From contig JAJZSL010000009.1 of assembly GCA_021849805.1 (NCBI GenBank), positions 2,804 to 66,803 of the forward strand: a DNA stretch of 64,000 bases, written 5' to 3'. Source of the stretch: a bacterium (lineage in GTDB: Bacteria; Verrucomicrobiota; Verrucomicrobiia; Chthoniobacterales; UBA6821). Position 1 is the stretch's first letter; every line of letters starts with the position of its first letter. The notes under the pieces were generated by a model. The model did not search any database. It was not told where the DNA came from and saw nothing but the letters and a program-made list of their open reading frames with translations. This document shows positions 39,473 through 49,799 of this stretch, piece after piece. Made by a program: the position numbers and the translations under genes.

Positions 39473-40323
39473 TCTTCGATCGTTACTTCTGTATTCATTG
39501 GCGTTACTTCATAAATAACTTTTGCCATCTCCTCTGGCAAGCGAATGCAACCATGAGAAGCTGGATAACCAGGAAGAAGGCCTACATGCATACCGACTCC
39601 TCGATCGGTAAGCCTCATAAAGTAGAGCATAGGAGCTCCCTGAAAATGCGTACCACTTGGAGCAGAGTCCCTTCGAGCATCAACTCCTGAGCGAATAATT
39701 CGATTTTCTCGATCAACAAAATTGCCATAAAGATTGGAACGATGAGCCGGATCTTTTTCCAAGATTTTAAATTTTCCCACAGGAGTCCAACCAGAACGAC
39801 GCCCCGAAGAAATAGGGCTACTAATAGCAAGTTGATTCCCTAAGAAGAGAAATAATCGTTGTGCAGAAAGTGAAATACGAATGGAAACGGGCTCATTCGC
39901 ATTATTCTTGAGCACCTTTTGGAAAATTTTACCTTTTTCTTGAGACATTCCTAAATGAGCAGAAGACTGAAGAGGGCTTCTTGTTGTATTCCCATCTGCG
40001 TAGGCAGCAGGAAGGAAGAATATCATGGCAAGTGGAGAGAAAAAAAACACCCTTAATCCAAGTTGTAGAAGAGGCCTCCTCCAGGAGGATAGAAAAAAGA
40101 TAACATGAGCGATTTTATCCTCTTCCACAACAAAGAGTATTAAAGTCAATAGATGCTCTAGGTAATTTGGATATTGATTAAAAAAATAGGCAGCAACTTT
40201 ATTGGGATGGAGAGTAATACTACTTGCTAGGAGCATTCTCTTCTGCTCTATCTCATCAGCCTTTTTTGTATTCTCCGAATAACAATCAATATGAAATAGA
40301 CGTTCAAAAAAAGAGGGATTCAT
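39469..40323 (-). CDS. L,D-transpeptidase (YkuD domain); true start uncertain
   Basis: C-terminal catalytic motif GMHVGLLPGYPASHGCIRLPEE. A signal-like segment (LRVFFFSPLAMIFFLPAAYA) begins only at about residue 88 of the ORF. Confidence 0.8.
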   Translation of the reverse strand: MNPSFFERLFHIDCYSENTKKADEIEQKRMLLASSITLHPNKVAAYFFNQYPNYLEHLLTLILFVVEEDKIAHVIFFLSSWRRPLLQLGLRVFFFSPLAMIFFLPAAYADGNTTRSPLQSSAHLGMSQEKGKIFQKVLKNNANEPVSIRISLSAQRLFLFLGNQLAISSPISSGRRSGWTPVGKFKILEKDPAHRSNLYGNFVDRENRIIRSGVDARRDSAPSGTHFQGAPMLYFMRLTDRGVGMHVGLLPGYPASHGCIRLPEEMAKVIYEVTPMNTEVTIEE

Positions 40324-40450
40324 AAGGCTTGAGGTAGAAGATCGAAGGGACGATCAAGCTCAAATCGAATGCAACGATATCATAAGTTCAAGAAGAACAC
40401 CCAGACTAGAGCTACAACAATCGTGGCGGCATACTGAGGAAAGAAAAGAA

Positions 40451-41497
40451 CTAATATGTTTTAGGAGGGATCACACGTTTTAGGGAACTAAGCATCCGAG
40501 CAGCATAACGAGCTGATCCAAGAAGTGCAGCATTATCATTAAGAATCACGCTCAGAGGCATAGATTCGAGGAGAAGACGCATGCGACCTTTATTAAGAAA
40601 AGATTCCAAAAAGAGTGGGCCTCTCAGATGCTCTAAAATTCTAGGAGGAATACCTCCTCCGAGATAAACGCCACCCGTAGCCATTGTCTTAAGAGCTAAG
40701 TTACCTGCTTCTGCTCCTAAAATTCGAATAAAAATATCCATGGTATCACGACATAACCCACAAGAACCATTCCTAGAGTGCTCATCAATAATAGCATTGA
40801 CATCACCGGAGAGCATTTTTTTTGCAACCATTGGTTTTTCTTTTCCTCGACCTGTATCTCTCAAAAATCGATAAATATTCGCAATGCCAATTCCTGCAAT
40901 GACGCGCTCACAGCTGACTCGACCATATTCTTTGTGAAGAAATTCTAAAAGCGCTGCTTGAACATCATCAGTAGGAGCAAAGTCAGCATGACCACCTTCA
41001 CTTGCCCAAGGATGGTGATGATGTCCATCCCAGAAAAGACCTGCTTCCCCTAAGCCTGTGCCAGGTGCAATCACACACTGATTACCAGCACGTGAGCCAG
41101 CTCCAGCTTGTAACAAAAGAAAATCACTATGACACAATTCCCCAACACCAAATGCTGTAGCTTCCAAATCATTGAGAATTTCTACGCGAGGAATACCAAG
41201 TTGATTGGGGAGTTCATTCACATCGATAAGCCAATTTAAATTGGTAGCATGGACAACTCCAGCAATATTAGGTCCTGGAACACCAAAACATGCTGTCATG
41301 ATATTTCCTGGAATTGCTTCTTTCTCAAGAAAGGAGCGAACTGCTTCGGCAAGTGAATTAAATTGAATACTAACAAGACGCTCTGAACGAAGCTTTTTCA
41401 ATGCTCCATGAGGACCACTCATTACTCTAAAAAGCGCAATTCGAAAATTAGTGCCTCCAAGATCACCAGCAAGAATCAATTTATGATTTTTAGACAT
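40451..41497 (-). CDS. glk: Glucokinase
   Basis: ATP site LAGDLGGTNFRIALF, the glk-family GPG/GLGE motifs (IAPGTGLGEAGL) and GGVYLGGGI. Confidence 0.9.
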   Translation of the reverse strand: MSKNHKLILAGDLGGTNFRIALFRVMSGPHGALKKLRSERLVSIQFNSLAEAVRSFLEKEAIPGNIMTACFGVPGPNIAGVVHATNLNWLIDVNELPNQLGIPRVEILNDLEATAFGVGELCHSDFLLLQAGAGSRAGNQCVIAPGTGLGEAGLFWDGHHHHPWASEGGHADFAPTDDVQAALLEFLHKEYGRVSCERVIAGIGIANIYRFLRDTGRGKEKPMVAKKMLSGDVNAIIDEHSRNGSCGLCRDTMDIFIRILGAEAGNLALKTMATGGVYLGGGIPPRILEHLRGPLFLESFLNKGRMRLLLESMPLSVILNDNAALLGSARYAARMLSSLKRVIPPKTY

Positions 41498-41521
41498 ACA
41501 AGTATTATTAAATTTTTAAGT

Positions 41522-43120
41522 TTATAGAAAATGGATAACCTCTACCCAGAGGATATTTTCATCAGCACGTAGTTGCTCCAGCAGAGTTGCAGGAGGGAGG
41601 GAATCTAGATTCATTAAGATTAATGCTGTTCCTAGAGTTTCATTACGACTGAGCGACATATTGGCAATATTGAGATGACTCTTACCAAAAAGTGAGCCAA
41701 GGTCACCGACAATACCTGGCTGATCTTTGTTTTCTAACAAAAGCAGAACCCCATTGGGATGTCCTTCTACAAAGCGATTATTCACTGTTACGATGCGTGG
41801 TTTTGATCCGTAGAAAGTAGCACCAATACTCGACTTCTCTCCTCCAGCTTCAATGCTTATTTCCAGAAGATCCATAAAATCGCCAGCTTCACTCTTGCGT
41901 GATTCAGTAACTTGAAGGCCAGCCTGTTTTAGGAAACTAGAAACATTAACAGCATTCACTTCAGGGCCATGAATATGTTCTAGGAAACCGGTAAGGAACG
42001 ATCGTGAGACCGTACTCATATCATGTTCTGCAATGCGTCCACTATAGCAGATGGAAATTTTCTCTGTGCGCTTAGGACCAAGATGAGCCAAAAATTGTCC
42101 TAAACGACCAGCCAGTTCAATCCAGGGTCCAAGAATCTCTAGCGTCTTCTCATCGATATTGGGAATATTCAAGGCATTCCTAATTTCTCCTTTCAGAAGA
42201 GCAAGACGCACCGATTCGGCAATCTCAATACCAACCATTTCTTGAGCTTCGATGGTTGATGCGCCTAGATGAGGTGTTAGAATAAGGTTTTCCAACTGGG
42301 TGAGAGGAGAGCTCTGAGGCAGTGGTTCTACTTCAAAAACATCTAAGGCAGCTCCTGCTATAAGACCGCTGCTCAACCCTTCTACTAGAGCCTCTTCATC
42401 AATAAGACCTCCACGGGCACAGTTAATAAGACGCACGCCAGGTTTTAAAAAGGAGAGCTCCCTCCGACCAATCATATGCTTGGTCTCCTCAGTAAGTGGC
42501 ATATGAACAGTGATAAAATCAGCTCGCGGTAAAAGTTCATGAAGTTGGTCAACGACTTCTATTTGTAGAGAACGAGCTTTGCTTGTAGAGAGATAAGGGT
42601 CATAGACCAATACCCTCATTCCAAAAGCGACAGCACGACGAGCTACCTCGCTACCAATGCGTCCCATACCCAGAATAGCGAGTGTTTTTCCATGGACTTG
42701 AGCTCCTTCAAATTTTTTACGATCCCACTTTCCTATTTTCATACTTGCATGAGCTTGAGGAATCATTCGTGCTGTGCATAGTAGAAGACTCAAAGCATGC
42801 TCTGCTGTTGAGATAGTGTTCCCTCCAGGAGCATTCATTACCACAATACCACGAGCTGTTGCAGCTTCCAGATGAACATTGTCAATACCCACCCCAGCAC
42901 GACCGATGATTCTTAGCGAGGGAGAAGCCTCAATAACTGCTGCTGTAACCTTAGTTTGACTGCGTACAATGAGGGCTTCACAACCTTCAAGAGCTTCAAT
43001 CAATGCTGGCTCTTGGAGCCCTGTTTTAACAATAACCTCAAAAAGACCATCGGCACGTAATAATTCAATTCCTTTAGAGGAAATAGAATCAGCAATAAAT
43101 ATTTTAGGAAGAGGTTTCAT
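41522..43120 (-). CDS. serA: D-3-phosphoglycerate dehydrogenase (long form with ASB and ACT domains)
   Basis: NAD site LAILGMGRIGSEVARR, catalytic INCARGGLIDE...TPHLGAST, and a C-terminal ACT domain (LLLLENKDQPGIVGDLGSLFG). Confidence 0.93.
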   Translation of the reverse strand: MKPLPKIFIADSISSKGIELLRADGLFEVIVKTGLQEPALIEALEGCEALIVRSQTKVTAAVIEASPSLRIIGRAGVGIDNVHLEAATARGIVVMNAPGGNTISTAEHALSLLLCTARMIPQAHASMKIGKWDRKKFEGAQVHGKTLAILGMGRIGSEVARRAVAFGMRVLVYDPYLSTSKARSLQIEVVDQLHELLPRADFITVHMPLTEETKHMIGRRELSFLKPGVRLINCARGGLIDEEALVEGLSSGLIAGAALDVFEVEPLPQSSPLTQLENLILTPHLGASTIEAQEMVGIEIAESVRLALLKGEIRNALNIPNIDEKTLEILGPWIELAGRLGQFLAHLGPKRTEKISICYSGRIAEHDMSTVSRSFLTGFLEHIHGPEVNAVNVSSFLKQAGLQVTESRKSEAGDFMDLLEISIEAGGEKSSIGATFYGSKPRIVTVNNRFVEGHPNGVLLLLENKDQPGIVGDLGSLFGKSHLNIANMSLSRNETLGTALILMNLDSLPPATLLEQLRADENILWVEVIHFL

Positions 43121-43405
43121 AGTAGTGATGAATGATTTTTTGAGTTAAGAAAAGTAATGTTCGTAAGAAAAGGAGGACTCTGAGAGAGGATCAGGTTCAA
43201 GATTACCATGGCATCACAAGAGTAGAAAATTCAACATCCTCATCAATCATCAAGCAATAAGAAGCGATAGCTCAATAAGAACAACAATAGTTAAAGTCAT
43301 GGTGAAAAAATCAGTGAAAAATGGAGAGGTTAGATTTGTAGCTTAGACTTGCTCACAAGGGAATCCGTAAAATAGAAAAACCTACTTTTGAAATTTTTTA
43401 GTTGC

Positions 43406-44443
43406 TTACGACTTCAAACTAATCCACTGCGCAATGTTCTTGAGTACTCTACTAGCTTCACTTCCTTCATGCTGTAGGAAAAAAGGAACTCCTTGATCAC
43501 TGGAAGTTCGAATTTCTATTTCCAAGGGAACTTCCCCTAAAAAGGGAATAGCTAGATGATCAGCTTCCCGTCTACCGCCATCAGAGCCAAAGATAGCATG
43601 ACGAACTCCATCACTAGGAGAGAGAAAATAGCTCATATTTTCAATGATCCCAAGCAGAGGAACATTCGTTTTCTGAAACATCGAAGCTGCTTTGCGAACA
43701 TCCAAGAGGGCCACTTCTTGTGGAGTTGTTACTAAAATAGCACCGAAGAGAGGAACCGTTTGGACAATGGTCAGTTGGATATCACCCGTTCCTGGAGGCA
43801 AATCGAGTAGGAGATAGTCTAAGGTTCCCCAGGCAACTTGCTTTAAGAACTGTTGGGTATAACGACTCACCATAGGTCCACGAAGAACAGCAGGTGCCTC
43901 CTCTTGCAGGAGAAGTCCCATCGACATCAATGAAATACCATGAGCTTTTACAGGAATAATTTGACCATCATCGCGTGCATGAGGACGCTCTCTGGAGCCG
44001 CATAGAAAAGCTACACTAGGACCATACAAATCACAATCACACACCCCCACAGAAGCACCAGAGCGAGCTAATGCAATAGCCAAATTAACCGCAATGGTCG
44101 ATTTACCCACTCCCCCTTTTCCACTAGCAATAGCAATCACCTTGTTAACTCCAGGAATTTGATTCCCAGAAACAGAAGAAGCTAGAGGAGCTTGAATATC
44201 AATGAGGACAGTGATTTCTTCAATTCCAGGAATTGCTTGAAGCGATGTTTCAATCTCTTCTCGAAGTCTCTTGGGAATAGAACTCTCTGTTGTCGAGAGC
44301 TGCAGTTGAACAGTAACCTTGGCTCCCTCTACAATCACTTCTTTGACTAAACCAAAGGAGAGAATACTACGACGAAATCCAGGATAGGCCACTTGCTCAA
44401 GCGCCTGCTCAATTTGTTCTCTAGAAAAAGGGGAGGAACTCAT
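43406..44443 (-). CDS. apbC: Fe-S cluster carrier ATPase Mrp/ApbC/NBP35
   Basis: N-terminal DUF59-like domain, deviant Walker [13 protein letters not shown] and [10 protein letters not shown] 4-nt overlap with clpB. Confidence 0.9.
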   Translation of the reverse strand: MSSSPFSREQIEQALEQVAYPGFRRSILSFGLVKEVIVEGAKVTVQLQLSTTESSIPKRLREEIETSLQAIPGIEEITVLIDIQAPLASSVSGNQIPGVNKVIAIASGKGGVGKSTIAVNLAIALARSGASVGVCDCDLYGPSVAFLCGSRERPHARDDGQIIPVKAHGISLMSMGLLLQEEAPAVLRGPMVSRYTQQFLKQVAWGTLDYLLLDLPPGTGDIQLTIVQTVPLFGAILVTTPQEVALLDVRKAASMFQKTNVPLLGIIENMSYFLSPSDGVRHAIFGSDGGRREADHLAIPFLGEVPLEIEIRTSSDQGVPFFLQHEGSEASRVLKNIAQWISLKS

Positions 44444-47016
44444 GCTTTTTTAAAAACAAGTTTTCCCTCAATCATCTCTCCAAGAATCGTTGTCCCTTCT
44501 TGAAAATGTCCCTCCAAAATTTCCATACTCAAAGGATCCAAGATTTTTTGCTGGATCACTCGCTTCAGGGGACGAGCACCATAAGCTGGATCATATCCTT
44601 CTCTAGCAAGGTAGGCTTTGACTTGGCTAGAGAGCGCTAGGGAGAGTTTTTGTTTCTCAAGGCGATGGAGGAGTCGTTCTAACTGAATATCAATGATCTT
44701 GGTGATCTGATCATTGTTGAGGCGATCAAAGATCACGATTTCATCAACACGATTGAGAAACTCTGGTCGGAAGAACCCAGTAAGAGCCTCCATGACACGA
44801 TGACGACGCTCTTCCATGCTCAAATCTTCCATGATAAATTGACTGCCCAGATTACTGGTCATAATGATGACAGCATTATTGAAGTTAACCGTACGGCCTT
44901 GTCCATCAGTAATACGTCCATCATCGAGTACTTGGAGAAGCACATTGAATACATCGGCATGAGCTTTTTCAATTTCATCAAAGAGAATGACACAGTAAGG
45001 TCGACGTCTTACAGCCTCGCTCAGCTGCCCTCCTTCATCGTATCCAACATAACCAGGAGGAGCTCCAATCAACCGAGCTACTGTATGCTTCTCCATGTAT
45101 TCACTCATATCCAGACGGACCATGGCCTCTTCATCATCAAAGAGAAACTCAGCAAGGGCTTTGGAAAGCTCCGTTTTTCCTACTCCTGTAGGTCCTAAGA
45201 AGAGGAAGGATCCAATAGGACGATTTTCATCTTGTAACCCAGCACGGGCTCGACGCACGGCATTGGAAACAGCTTCAATAGCCTGATCCTGACCCACAAC
45301 ACGCTGCATGAGGCGCTCTTCCATGTTAAGAAGCTTCTCTCGTTCCCCTTCTTGAAGATTAGCTACAGGAATACCCGTCCAAACAGAAACAACCTTTGCA
45401 ACATCCTCCTCTCCCACTTCTTCTTGAAGCAGCGATTCTTGAGAGGTTGATTTTTGGGCCATACGCAGATTATGAGCTTCTAGTTCCGCAGTAAGTGCTG
45501 GTAGACGACCATATTGAATTTCACTTGCTCTACTAAAGTCTCCTTGGCGCTGAGCCACCTCCAGTTCATTTTTTAAGGATTCAATTTGCTCATTGAGCTT
45601 TTGAGATTTCCCAATTTCTTCTTTTTCTTGAAGCCATCGCGTCTTCAGTAGTGCTGCTTGTTCGTTAACTTCAGCCAATTCTTTTTCCAATTTCTCAAGA
45701 CGCTCTTTACTAGCTGCATCTTTTTCTTTCCGTAATGCTTGGCGTTCCATTTGAAGCATCATGATGTTGCGCTCACATTGGTCAATTTCCACAGGCATCG
45801 ATTCTAGTTCTATTTTTAAGCGCGATGCTGCTTCATCAATAAGGTCAACTGCTTTATCAGGCAAGAAACGATCAGTGATATAGCGATGAGAGAGCATAGC
45901 TGCTGCAATGAGCGCAGCATCTTGAATACGCACTCCATGATGAATCTCGTAGCGCTCTTTAAGCCCTCTTAAAATGGCAATCGTATCCTCAACAGTTGGT
46001 TCTTGAACCATGACTGGCTGAAAGCGACGCTCCAGAGCAGCATCTTTTTCGATATATTTTCGATATTCATCGAGCGTTGTAGCACCAATGGTACGCAGTT
46101 CTCCACGAGCAAGCTGCGGTTTGAGCAAGTTAGAAGCATCCATGGAACCTTCTGCAGCTCCTGCTCCCACGATCGTATGGAGTTCATCGATAAAGAGAAT
46201 AATTTCTCCCTCAGAACTACTGACTTCTTTTAGAAAAGCTTTCAAGCGATCTTCAAACTCTCCACGAAATTTTGCTCCTGCCACCATAGAGCCAATATCC
46301 ATAGCAATAAGACGTTTGTTTTTCAGTGATTCTGGCACATCACCACTAACAATACGGCGTGCGAGACCTTCGACAATAGCAGTTTTCCCAACTCCAGGCT
46401 CTCCAATGAGAACAGGATTATTTTTAGTACGACGAGAGAGTACTTGCATCGTACGACGAATTTCCTCATCCCTCCCAATAACAGGATCAATCTTCCCTTG
46501 GCGCGCTAGTAGAGTAAGATCACGACCATATTTCTCTAATGTTTGATACTTTGCTTCAGGATGTTGATCAACGACACGCTGTCTTCCTCGCACTTGAAGA
46601 AGTACTTTCATGAGCTGCTCCCGCGTCATCCCAGCTTTCTTAAGAAGTTCAGCAACACCCCCCCTCTCCTCGCTTAAGGCTAGGAGATAATGCTCGGAGC
46701 TTAAAAATTCATCCTTGAGTTTCTCCTGCTCTCTTTCTGAATGCTCCAGTGTTTGTCTCAACTCGTTTCCTAAAAATGGCTCTAGAGCTCCATGAACACG
46801 AGCTTGAGCTCTGATATGAGACTCAATTTGTTGAATCACAGAAAGAACGTCGATCCCTATTTTTTCGAGTAGAGGAAGTGTTAAGCCTTCAGGCTGCTCT
46901 AAGAGGGAAAGTAAAAAGTGGCCATTGCTAACTTCTTGTTGACTGAATTTAGAAGCAAGATCGAGAGCTCCTCGAAGAGCTTCTTGCATTTTAAGGGTAA
47001 ATTTATCTGGTCGCAT
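44440..47016 (-). CDS. clpB: ATP-dependent chaperone/disaggregase ClpB
   Basis: Clp_N repeats, two AAA+ modules (GEPGVGKTA; GPTGVGKTE) and a long coiled-coil M-domain between them. Confidence 0.96.
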   Translation of the reverse strand: MRPDKFTLKMQEALRGALDLASKFSQQEVSNGHFLLSLLEQPEGLTLPLLEKIGIDVLSVIQQIESHIRAQARVHGALEPFLGNELRQTLEHSEREQEKLKDEFLSSEHYLLALSEERGGVAELLKKAGMTREQLMKVLLQVRGRQRVVDQHPEAKYQTLEKYGRDLTLLARQGKIDPVIGRDEEIRRTMQVLSRRTKNNPVLIGEPGVGKTAIVEGLARRIVSGDVPESLKNKRLIAMDIGSMVAGAKFRGEFEDRLKAFLKEVSSSEGEIILFIDELHTIVGAGAAEGSMDASNLLKPQLARGELRTIGATTLDEYRKYIEKDAALERRFQPVMVQEPTVEDTIAILRGLKERYEIHHGVRIQDAALIAAAMLSHRYITDRFLPDKAVDLIDEAASRLKIELESMPVEIDQCERNIMMLQMERQALRKEKDAASKERLEKLEKELAEVNEQAALLKTRWLQEKEEIGKSQKLNEQIESLKNELEVAQRQGDFSRASEIQYGRLPALTAELEAHNLRMAQKSTSQESLLQEEVGEEDVAKVVSVWTGIPVANLQEGEREKLLNMEERLMQRVVGQDQAIEAVSNAVRRARAGLQDENRPIGSFLFLGPTGVGKTELSKALAEFLFDDEEAMVRLDMSEYMEKHTVARLIGAPPGYVGYDEGGQLSEAVRRRPYCVILFDEIEKAHADVFNVLLQVLDDGRITDGQGRTVNFNNAVIIMTSNLGSQFIMEDLSMEERRHRVMEALTGFFRPEFLNRVDEIVIFDRLNNDQITKIIDIQLERLLHRLEKQKLSLALSSQVKAYLAREGYDPAYGARPLKRVIQQKILDPLSMEILEGHFQEGTTILGEMIEGKLVFKKA

Positions 47017-47126
47017 AAGAATGAAGCTGGTGATTATTTTATCATGATAGAGTTTTTTAACGTGTTATTAATGTATCAAATTTTTATTATCGATTCTTTC
47101 TTCTGCTGAAGGACGATTCATCAAAT

Positions 47127-48506
47127 TTAAGAGCGATCGACTCCATGGAGCTTCAATCCTAACCTCAAGTAGGTTGGTGTATCAAGGTCCTCTCCTTCAA
47201 CAATGGTCGGCTCACTCTTATCAAAGCGCCCCCGCTGAAGAGGCTTTAAATCCAGTGACCCTTGTATTGATTTTCGTTGAGAGGAGGAAGAGAGTTTCTT
47301 CTTTGCAGTCGGAGCAAGTTCTGCTAGCTGCTCCTCATTGATTTCTCCAAAAAAATCGTTGATTTCTTGGGAAGCATCTTTCTTTTTCTCACTACTTGCT
47401 GTCGGCAATGCCCTCACTGCTGGAAGAGGAGCTCCTAAGTTCGTAGGAGCTAGACTTGAAGAAGAATTCACTGGAGAAGAAACAGCAGCCTCGCTCATGA
47501 AGGATGATGAATGGGAAGAGCGAGACTCCAATGGGCCTTCTGGAGCACTGATGCTCTCTTTCTGAAAAGTAGCAAAGAGAAAAATTTTCAGTGGAGCTCC
47601 TTCTACTTCTTCAGGCTGAAGGCTCAATTGAATATCACCCTCTTCTCCTACCAAGCGCTCTATTTCCTGCATAGCTGTTTGTACTTCAGCGAAGGAGATG
47701 TCCTTGGGACCACGGAGAAGAAGAAAAACAGTGCTTGCCTTAGCAAGAACACGACCACGCTGGAGAAGTGGACTCTTCAGTGTCCGCTCCAAAGCTTCAT
47801 GAAGGCGATTAGCTCCCTGAGCTTGGCCATAACCAAAACAATTTTTCTGGGGAGTATTCTTGAGTGCTTTTAAAAAATGACTCTTTGTAATACGCACTGG
47901 TCCTCTGTTGAGCATGATGGTTAGAAGAGCTGGAAGCAGAGCAACAAAAGCCTCATCAGAAGCTCTGAATGTTTCGGCCAGAGCCACCGTCGAAGATCTA
48001 GTCACACAAAGACGATTATTATCCAGGAGCAATACCCCATCGCACTCTCTCTCCAAAGCGAGAAGAGAAGTTGTAGCCATCGATTGAGTTTTCTTTCCTT
48101 CAAAAGCGAAAGGAAGACTCACGCAAGCAAGAGTCACTTTCTTTGCAGCTTTGCAAAAAGCGGCAAGAGCAGGAAGAAATGTTGATCCAAAATCGCCACC
48201 AAGCCCTCCAAGAAGAATCAGAAAAGAAGCTTTCTTGATTTCTTCAAAAAGACCTGGAAGAAGTACTCCCATCTTCTCAAGAGTCAGGGGCTGAGCAGCA
48301 GCGACACTAGCAGGAAGAGCAAGTTGATGAGGCACGACGGAAGCTCCTAGTGACTCTGCATCATTATTCAGAGCAATAAGTCCTGGAAAAGAGGGCGTGG
48401 AGAGTAACAAACGATCCAAAAAATTCACTCCTGCATTCCCAACCCCAATAATACGATAGGAAGGAGTTGAGAGCTGAGAGTTGGAAGAAGAGGAAAAGTG
48501 ACTCAT
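47127..48506 (-). CDS. ftsZ: FtsZ-like cell division protein with degenerate GTPase motifs
   Basis: Occupies the dcw position after ftsA. It has an FtsZ-like scaffold (YRIIGVGNAGVNFL, LPFAFEGKK, NNRL) and the C-terminal peptide EDLDTPTYLR, but the tubulin signature reads GGLGGDFGS. Confidence 0.75.
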   Translation of the reverse strand: MSHFSSSSNSQLSTPSYRIIGVGNAGVNFLDRLLLSTPSFPGLIALNNDAESLGASVVPHQLALPASVAAAQPLTLEKMGVLLPGLFEEIKKASFLILLGGLGGDFGSTFLPALAAFCKAAKKVTLACVSLPFAFEGKKTQSMATTSLLALERECDGVLLLDNNRLCVTRSSTVALAETFRASDEAFVALLPALLTIMLNRGPVRITKSHFLKALKNTPQKNCFGYGQAQGANRLHEALERTLKSPLLQRGRVLAKASTVFLLLRGPKDISFAEVQTAMQEIERLVGEEGDIQLSLQPEEVEGAPLKIFLFATFQKESISAPEGPLESRSSHSSSFMSEAAVSSPVNSSSSLAPTNLGAPLPAVRALPTASSEKKKDASQEINDFFGEINEEQLAELAPTAKKKLSSSSQRKSIQGSLDLKPLQRGRFDKSEPTIVEGEDLDTPTYLRLGLKLHGVDRS

Positions 48507-48514
48507 AGAACTGA

Positions 48515-49732
48515 TTACTTTTTTCCAAAAAAACCGCCAAAGACTCCTACAATCTTAGAGAGCAAATTCTCTTGTGGAATTTGGCAATAAACAGCATTAG
48601 CATATTTGGTAAGCCCGATTGCTGTAGAAAACTCAGGATTTTCAAAAGCAGAAGTAGGACCTGAAACATGAGTAGCAGCAGGAAGAAAAACGGGGAGTTG
48701 AAAAATATCTTCCGTTAATTTTTTAATTCCACGCAACTTTGAGCACCCTCCAGTGAGCATAATACCAGCACCAAGTAGATCCAAATGGCAAGCGCGTTCC
48801 ACATCACGGCGTAATAATTCCAAGAGCTCTTGCATACGAGCATTCATAATTGTATTGAGAGCATGACGCTCAATCTCACACCCGGAGAAACCAGCATCAT
48901 TTTTTAAGCTGATCTTCTCTCCGGGAAGCGAATCACTGAGCAGGAGTGATCCTTCTTCAATTTTTAAAAGCTCCGAGCGTACAATAGGAAGCCTCAGACC
49001 AATGGAGATATCGTTGGTGAGGTGATCTCCTCCAAGAGCTAAGACACCGCTATGCCGGACAGCTCCATCAAGATAGAGGAGAAAATCTGTTGTTCCTCCA
49101 CCAAGATCGATAACAAGTGCTCCTTGATCTTTTTGCTGCTGAGTGAGAACAACCTGAGCAGAAGCAAGAGAACTCATAACAATATCCTCGACATCAAGGT
49201 GGAGAGACTCCAGAGAGCGCAAGGTATTTTGGATTCGGTTCTTCACCCCATGAACAATATGGAAGTCAGCTTCTAAGCGTGAGGCGACCATCCCTAGAGG
49301 ATCAATAACATTACGATTTCCATCCACATGGTAGCTCTGAATAATTGTATGCAGAAAAGCATTAGCAGCAGGAAGAGTCACTTCTTTGGCATTCAACTCA
49401 ACCATACGAAGATCTTCCTCATTAATAGCCTCATGATCGTTAGGTAAAACCCACGTTCCACGATTATTGAAACTTTGCAAATGTCCTCCGGAAATCGCCA
49501 CCCAAACACTACGAATCTCAACATTACTCTTCTCCTCAGCATCAATAATGGCTTCCCTCACGCATTCTGTTGCTGAATTGAAGTCGATGATTTCCCCTTT
49601 GCGCACACCACGCGAAGGAGTTTCTCCCACTCCTAAAATATGAATCGAACCGTCGGGCAATCCTTCGGCAACGACTACACAAATTTTAGTAGTACCGATC
49701 TCCAAACCGACAAAGAGTTGTTCGCGTGGCAT
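48515..49732 (-). CDS. ftsA: Cell division protein FtsA
   Basis: Actin-fold phosphate motifs (GLEIGTTKICVVV, VIDLGGGTTDF, LTGGCSKLRGI) and a C-terminal amphipathic membrane-targeting helix (LLSKIVGVFGGFFGKK). Confidence 0.93.
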   Translation of the reverse strand: MPREQLFVGLEIGTTKICVVVAEGLPDGSIHILGVGETPSRGVRKGEIIDFNSATECVREAIIDAEEKSNVEIRSVWVAISGGHLQSFNNRGTWVLPNDHEAINEEDLRMVELNAKEVTLPAANAFLHTIIQSYHVDGNRNVIDPLGMVASRLEADFHIVHGVKNRIQNTLRSLESLHLDVEDIVMSSLASAQVVLTQQQKDQGALVIDLGGGTTDFLLYLDGAVRHSGVLALGGDHLTNDISIGLRLPIVRSELLKIEEGSLLLSDSLPGEKISLKNDAGFSGCEIERHALNTIMNARMQELLELLRRDVERACHLDLLGAGIMLTGGCSKLRGIKKLTEDIFQLPVFLPAATHVSGPTSAFENPEFSTAIGLTKYANAVYCQIPQENLLSKIVGVFGGFFGKK

Positions 49733-49799
49733 AAGATAAAAATTAGCAATAAAAAATGGGCATGGTTTTACTTATTCTTGAGGCCCTCTTCATGAGAGT

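Noticed and set aside
44800-46546. Several 60-150 aa ORFs antisense to or out of frame within clpB. Similar shadows occur within rpoD (5613-6002), ileS (17502-17942), ccsA (38221-38547), ftsZ (47511-47873) and murC/B (55100-55489).
   Set aside because: They lie entirely inside strongly supported long genes, have no motifs, and show low-complexity or Ser/Leu/Phe-rich composition typical of shadow ORFs.
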